From assembly GCA_963805625.1 (NCBI GenBank), contig CAWDVE010000013.1:610458-674457 (forward strand): DNA of 64,000 nucleotides, written 5' to 3'. Shown here in pieces: positions 61,949 to 64,000 of this stretch. This DNA comes from an uncultured Candidatus Rokubacteria bacterium (GTDB taxonomy: Bacteria; Methylomirabilota; Methylomirabilia; Rokubacteriales; DASRDR01). Position 1 is the first letter of the stretch. The number at the start of each line of letters is the position of its first letter. The notes below the pieces were generated by a model that did not search any database, had not been told where the DNA came from, and saw only the letters and a program-made list of their open reading frames with translations. Made by a program: the position numbers and the translations under genes.

Positions 61949-62887
61949 TCAGAGTCGGCGGGAGGGGAATGCTCTGGGGGTCTTCATCAAGACGATCTGT
62001 CCCGGACCTTCACTTCTTCCCCTGCCCTTCGAGAAGGTGGCCGAGATGGAAGTAGCCGCGGTTATCTGCAGCGCACAGGTCCCCGTGCCGCTGCACGCTC
62101 CGCCCCACCCGACGAACCTGGCGCCGTTGACGGGCGTCGCCGTCAGGGTCACGGCCGTACCGCTCGCGTAGCTTTCCGAGCAGTCGGAGCCGCAGTCGAT
62201 CCCCGCAGGGCCGCTGGTCACTGTGCCGGGGCCGGACTTGGCCGCGGAGAGCGTGTAGGAGGCGGAGGGTGCCGCAACGGGTGCCGCAACGAAGGTCGCG
62301 CTGACGCTGACCGGCGCGTTGCCGGTGAGCGTGCAGGGGTCGGTGCCGGCGCAGCCGCCCCCCCCCCAGCCGCCGAACGTCGAGTCGCTCGCGGCGCTGG
62401 CGGACAGCGTCACCACGGCGCCGCTCGGGTAGGTCTCGACGCAGTCCGTGCCGCAGCTGATCCCGCTCGGGCTGCTATTCACCATGCCTTTTCCCGTGCC
62501 GGCCAGGCTCACCGTGACGACGAGACCCGTGGCGAGGGTCCCGCAGGCCTCATTCGAGTACGCCGAGACGCTCGTGTCGTTGTAGGCCTGGACCCGGTAA
62601 CAGTAGGTGGTGCCCTCGAGGGCGCTGGCGTCGACGTACGAGGTGATTCCAGCTCTGGAGGTCGAGCTCGCATAGGCGCCGGCCGTGCCCGTCTTGCGCT
62701 CGATTCGGAACGCGGCCTCACCTCCGGAATTGTCGGCCCACGAGAGCTGGAACTGGCCAGCGCCGGCTACCCCGGGCGCCAGGACAGCGGCCAGCGCGAG
62801 CAAAATCGCCGGCCCACGGGATCGGAAGCGCGAACTCCAGCGCTGGAACGATGATAGGAGCAGGCTGGACGACCCTAGGACAGGCAT
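61949..62887 (-). CDS. Secreted FN3 plus two InlB-B-repeat-like domain surface protein
   Basis: GGAGG RBS, signal peptide, 'LSWADNS..FRIERK..YCYRVQAYN..SAYSNE', two 'G.V.S.P.GI.CG.DC.E.Y.SG..VTL.A...F.GWGG.C.GT..C' repeats. Confidence 0.85.
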   Translation of the reverse strand: MPVLGSSSLLLSSFQRWSSRFRSRGPAILLALAAVLAPGVAGAGQFQLSWADNSGGEAAFRIERKTGTAGAYASSTSRAGITSYVDASALEGTTYCYRVQAYNDTSVSAYSNEACGTLATGLVVTVSLAGTGKGMVNSSPSGISCGTDCVETYPSGAVVTLSASAASDSTFGGWGGGGCAGTDPCTLTGNAPVSVSATFVAAPVAAPSASYTLSAAKSGPGTVTSGPAGIDCGSDCSESYASGTAVTLTATPVNGARFVGWGGACSGTGTCALQITAATSISATFSKGRGRSEGPGQIVLMKTPRAFPSRRL

Positions 62888-62930
62888 GGCATCTCCCTCC
62901 AAAGCGGGAGGCCATTCCCCTTAAGTACCT

Positions 62931-63022
62931 CTTCCCTTCGGCAGCCCGGCTCCCAGGCCGTCTGGCCTGGCCCGTGGCTTTGCGTCCCCGCCTCGCGACG
63001 GGTTTGCCCTTGTCGGGGGAAG
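62931..63022 (-). ncRNA. c-di-GMP-I (GEMM) riboswitch
   Basis: Minus strand CUUCCCCCGACAAGGGCAAACCCGUC-GCGA-GGCGGGGACGCAAAGCCACGGGCC...GGGAGCCGGGCUGCCGAAGGGAAG. Contains the GGCAAAC, GNRA loop, GACGCAAAGCC and GGGYUGCC signatures, in the 5' leader of the gene at 62887. Confidence 0.9.
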
Positions 63023-63287
63023 GTCCCGCTACTACCGGTTACTTGTTATTTCCAGACACTCTTTGTAGCTTGCAAGAGAGATGCATACCTCTCACGGACA
63101 CCGCAGGTCGGCAGAATTTGTTAAGTTCGACAGGCCCTTAGCCAATGGAGCGTGGCTCCGTAGGTGCCGGGCGCCGCGACCCGGCACTTACAGGCTTGGG
63201 TCGGAGGCCGCGTCAGGTTGACCAGAGGCTACAGATTTGGCACTGGGGACAGGCACCGCCATCCGAGCCGGCGCGGGTCGGGCACCG

Positions 63288-63542
63288 CTAACCGGCGCTT
63301 CCGGTTACCGGAGCGGTCTCCATCCCGCTGCGGGTGGGCGCCGCACGGGGACAGCCTCTCGGAGACGCGCAAGAGCCGGACGGTGGAGTCGAGCACCGGA
63401 CACGCCCTCGTCCAGGAACTCCGCGACGATCTCGTCGCCCCGTTTTGCGGCCCAGGCGCGTAGCTCCGTCACCTGTGACCTGAGAACCGTACCGCTCGAC
63501 CTGTTCTTCGGTGCTGACCCGCGCGTACAGGCAGACTCTCAC
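63288..63542 (-). pseudogene. Serine recombinase N-terminal remnant
   Basis: 'CLYARVSTEEQ', then after a frameshift 'VTELRAWAAKRGDEIVAEFLDEGVSGARLHRPALARL', then truncated. Confidence 0.8.
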
Positions 63543-64000
63543 GCTGCCTCCGGCCCGCTGCTCACCTGGGCCTTCGCCATCAAGAACTCGAACAGTCCTG
63601 CGAGGCGGGCCCCATCCGGATCCGCTACCGGGATGAGGATCACCGTGCGCGCTCGATCATCGGGGGAGACGGCGCCGTCGTCAAGCGGGCCCCGCTCCTC
63701 GCCACGCCGTCTGTTCATCGGAAATCCATCCTCGCGCAGCCCGTCCGACGTCGCTGGCTGGTACGACTCGGGTCTTGCCGGGCGTCGGGGCTATGCGCGC
63801 TGGCGTCACGCCAGACTTCTGCGATAGCAGGCGGGGGCGGGTGGAGGGGAGCATCGCCATCCCGAGGAGTCGGCCCGACGCGACCACCATCCGGAGCTGC
63901 ATCGCGGTCGTCGACGGGGTTCGCCCGGCAGTCGGCGCACGGCCGCCAATACCTGCCCGAGACGGCGACTCGCCCACGGCGGGGAGACGCGGTCATACAC

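Noticed and set aside
62931-63022. 3',3'-cGAMP-sensing GEMM-Ib variant
   Set aside because: The specificity position (Vc2 G20 equivalent in AAGGGCAAAC) is G, not A, consistent with c-di-GMP.

Overview
High-GC bacterial DNA almost entirely occupied by a large exosortase/PEP-CTERM-associated surface-polysaccharide locus. Two gene blocks converge on an IS-rich hinge (~24.9-30.5 kb). The left block (+ strand, 1-23.1 kb) encodes an ExeA-like ATPase, a CpsD/CapB tyrosine kinase, a WbpB/E/D/I-like diamino-uronic-acid pathway with an N-formyltransferase, two AsnB-like amidotransferases, glycosyltransferases, a Wzy/WaaL-family protein, a secreted beta-helix protein and an ArnT/PMT-like transferase. 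The right block (mostly - strand, 62.9 to 30.5 kb) starts at a c-di-GMP-I riboswitch. It encodes an FN3 surface protein, a stand-alone degenerate GGDEF protein, a priming sugar transferase with a degenerate GGDEF N-terminus, an exosortase, a FemAB-like GNAT plus deacetylase, a GDP-heptose pathway, Wzm/Wzt, a tailoring cassette and a Wzx flippase. The hinge holds a complete IS1182-type element, a PEP-CTERM protein, a lyase-like lipoprotein and IS3/IS110 remnants. Most notable observations: (1) apparent three-level c-di-GMP control; (2) a possible split-FN3 donor-strand pairing between two secreted proteins; (3) three sigma54 promoters sharing an IHF-like site and an upstream enhancer-like motif. 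Many genes carry single-base frameshifts, most likely long-read sequencing errors. All product calls rest on motif recognition by eye; no database searches were run.
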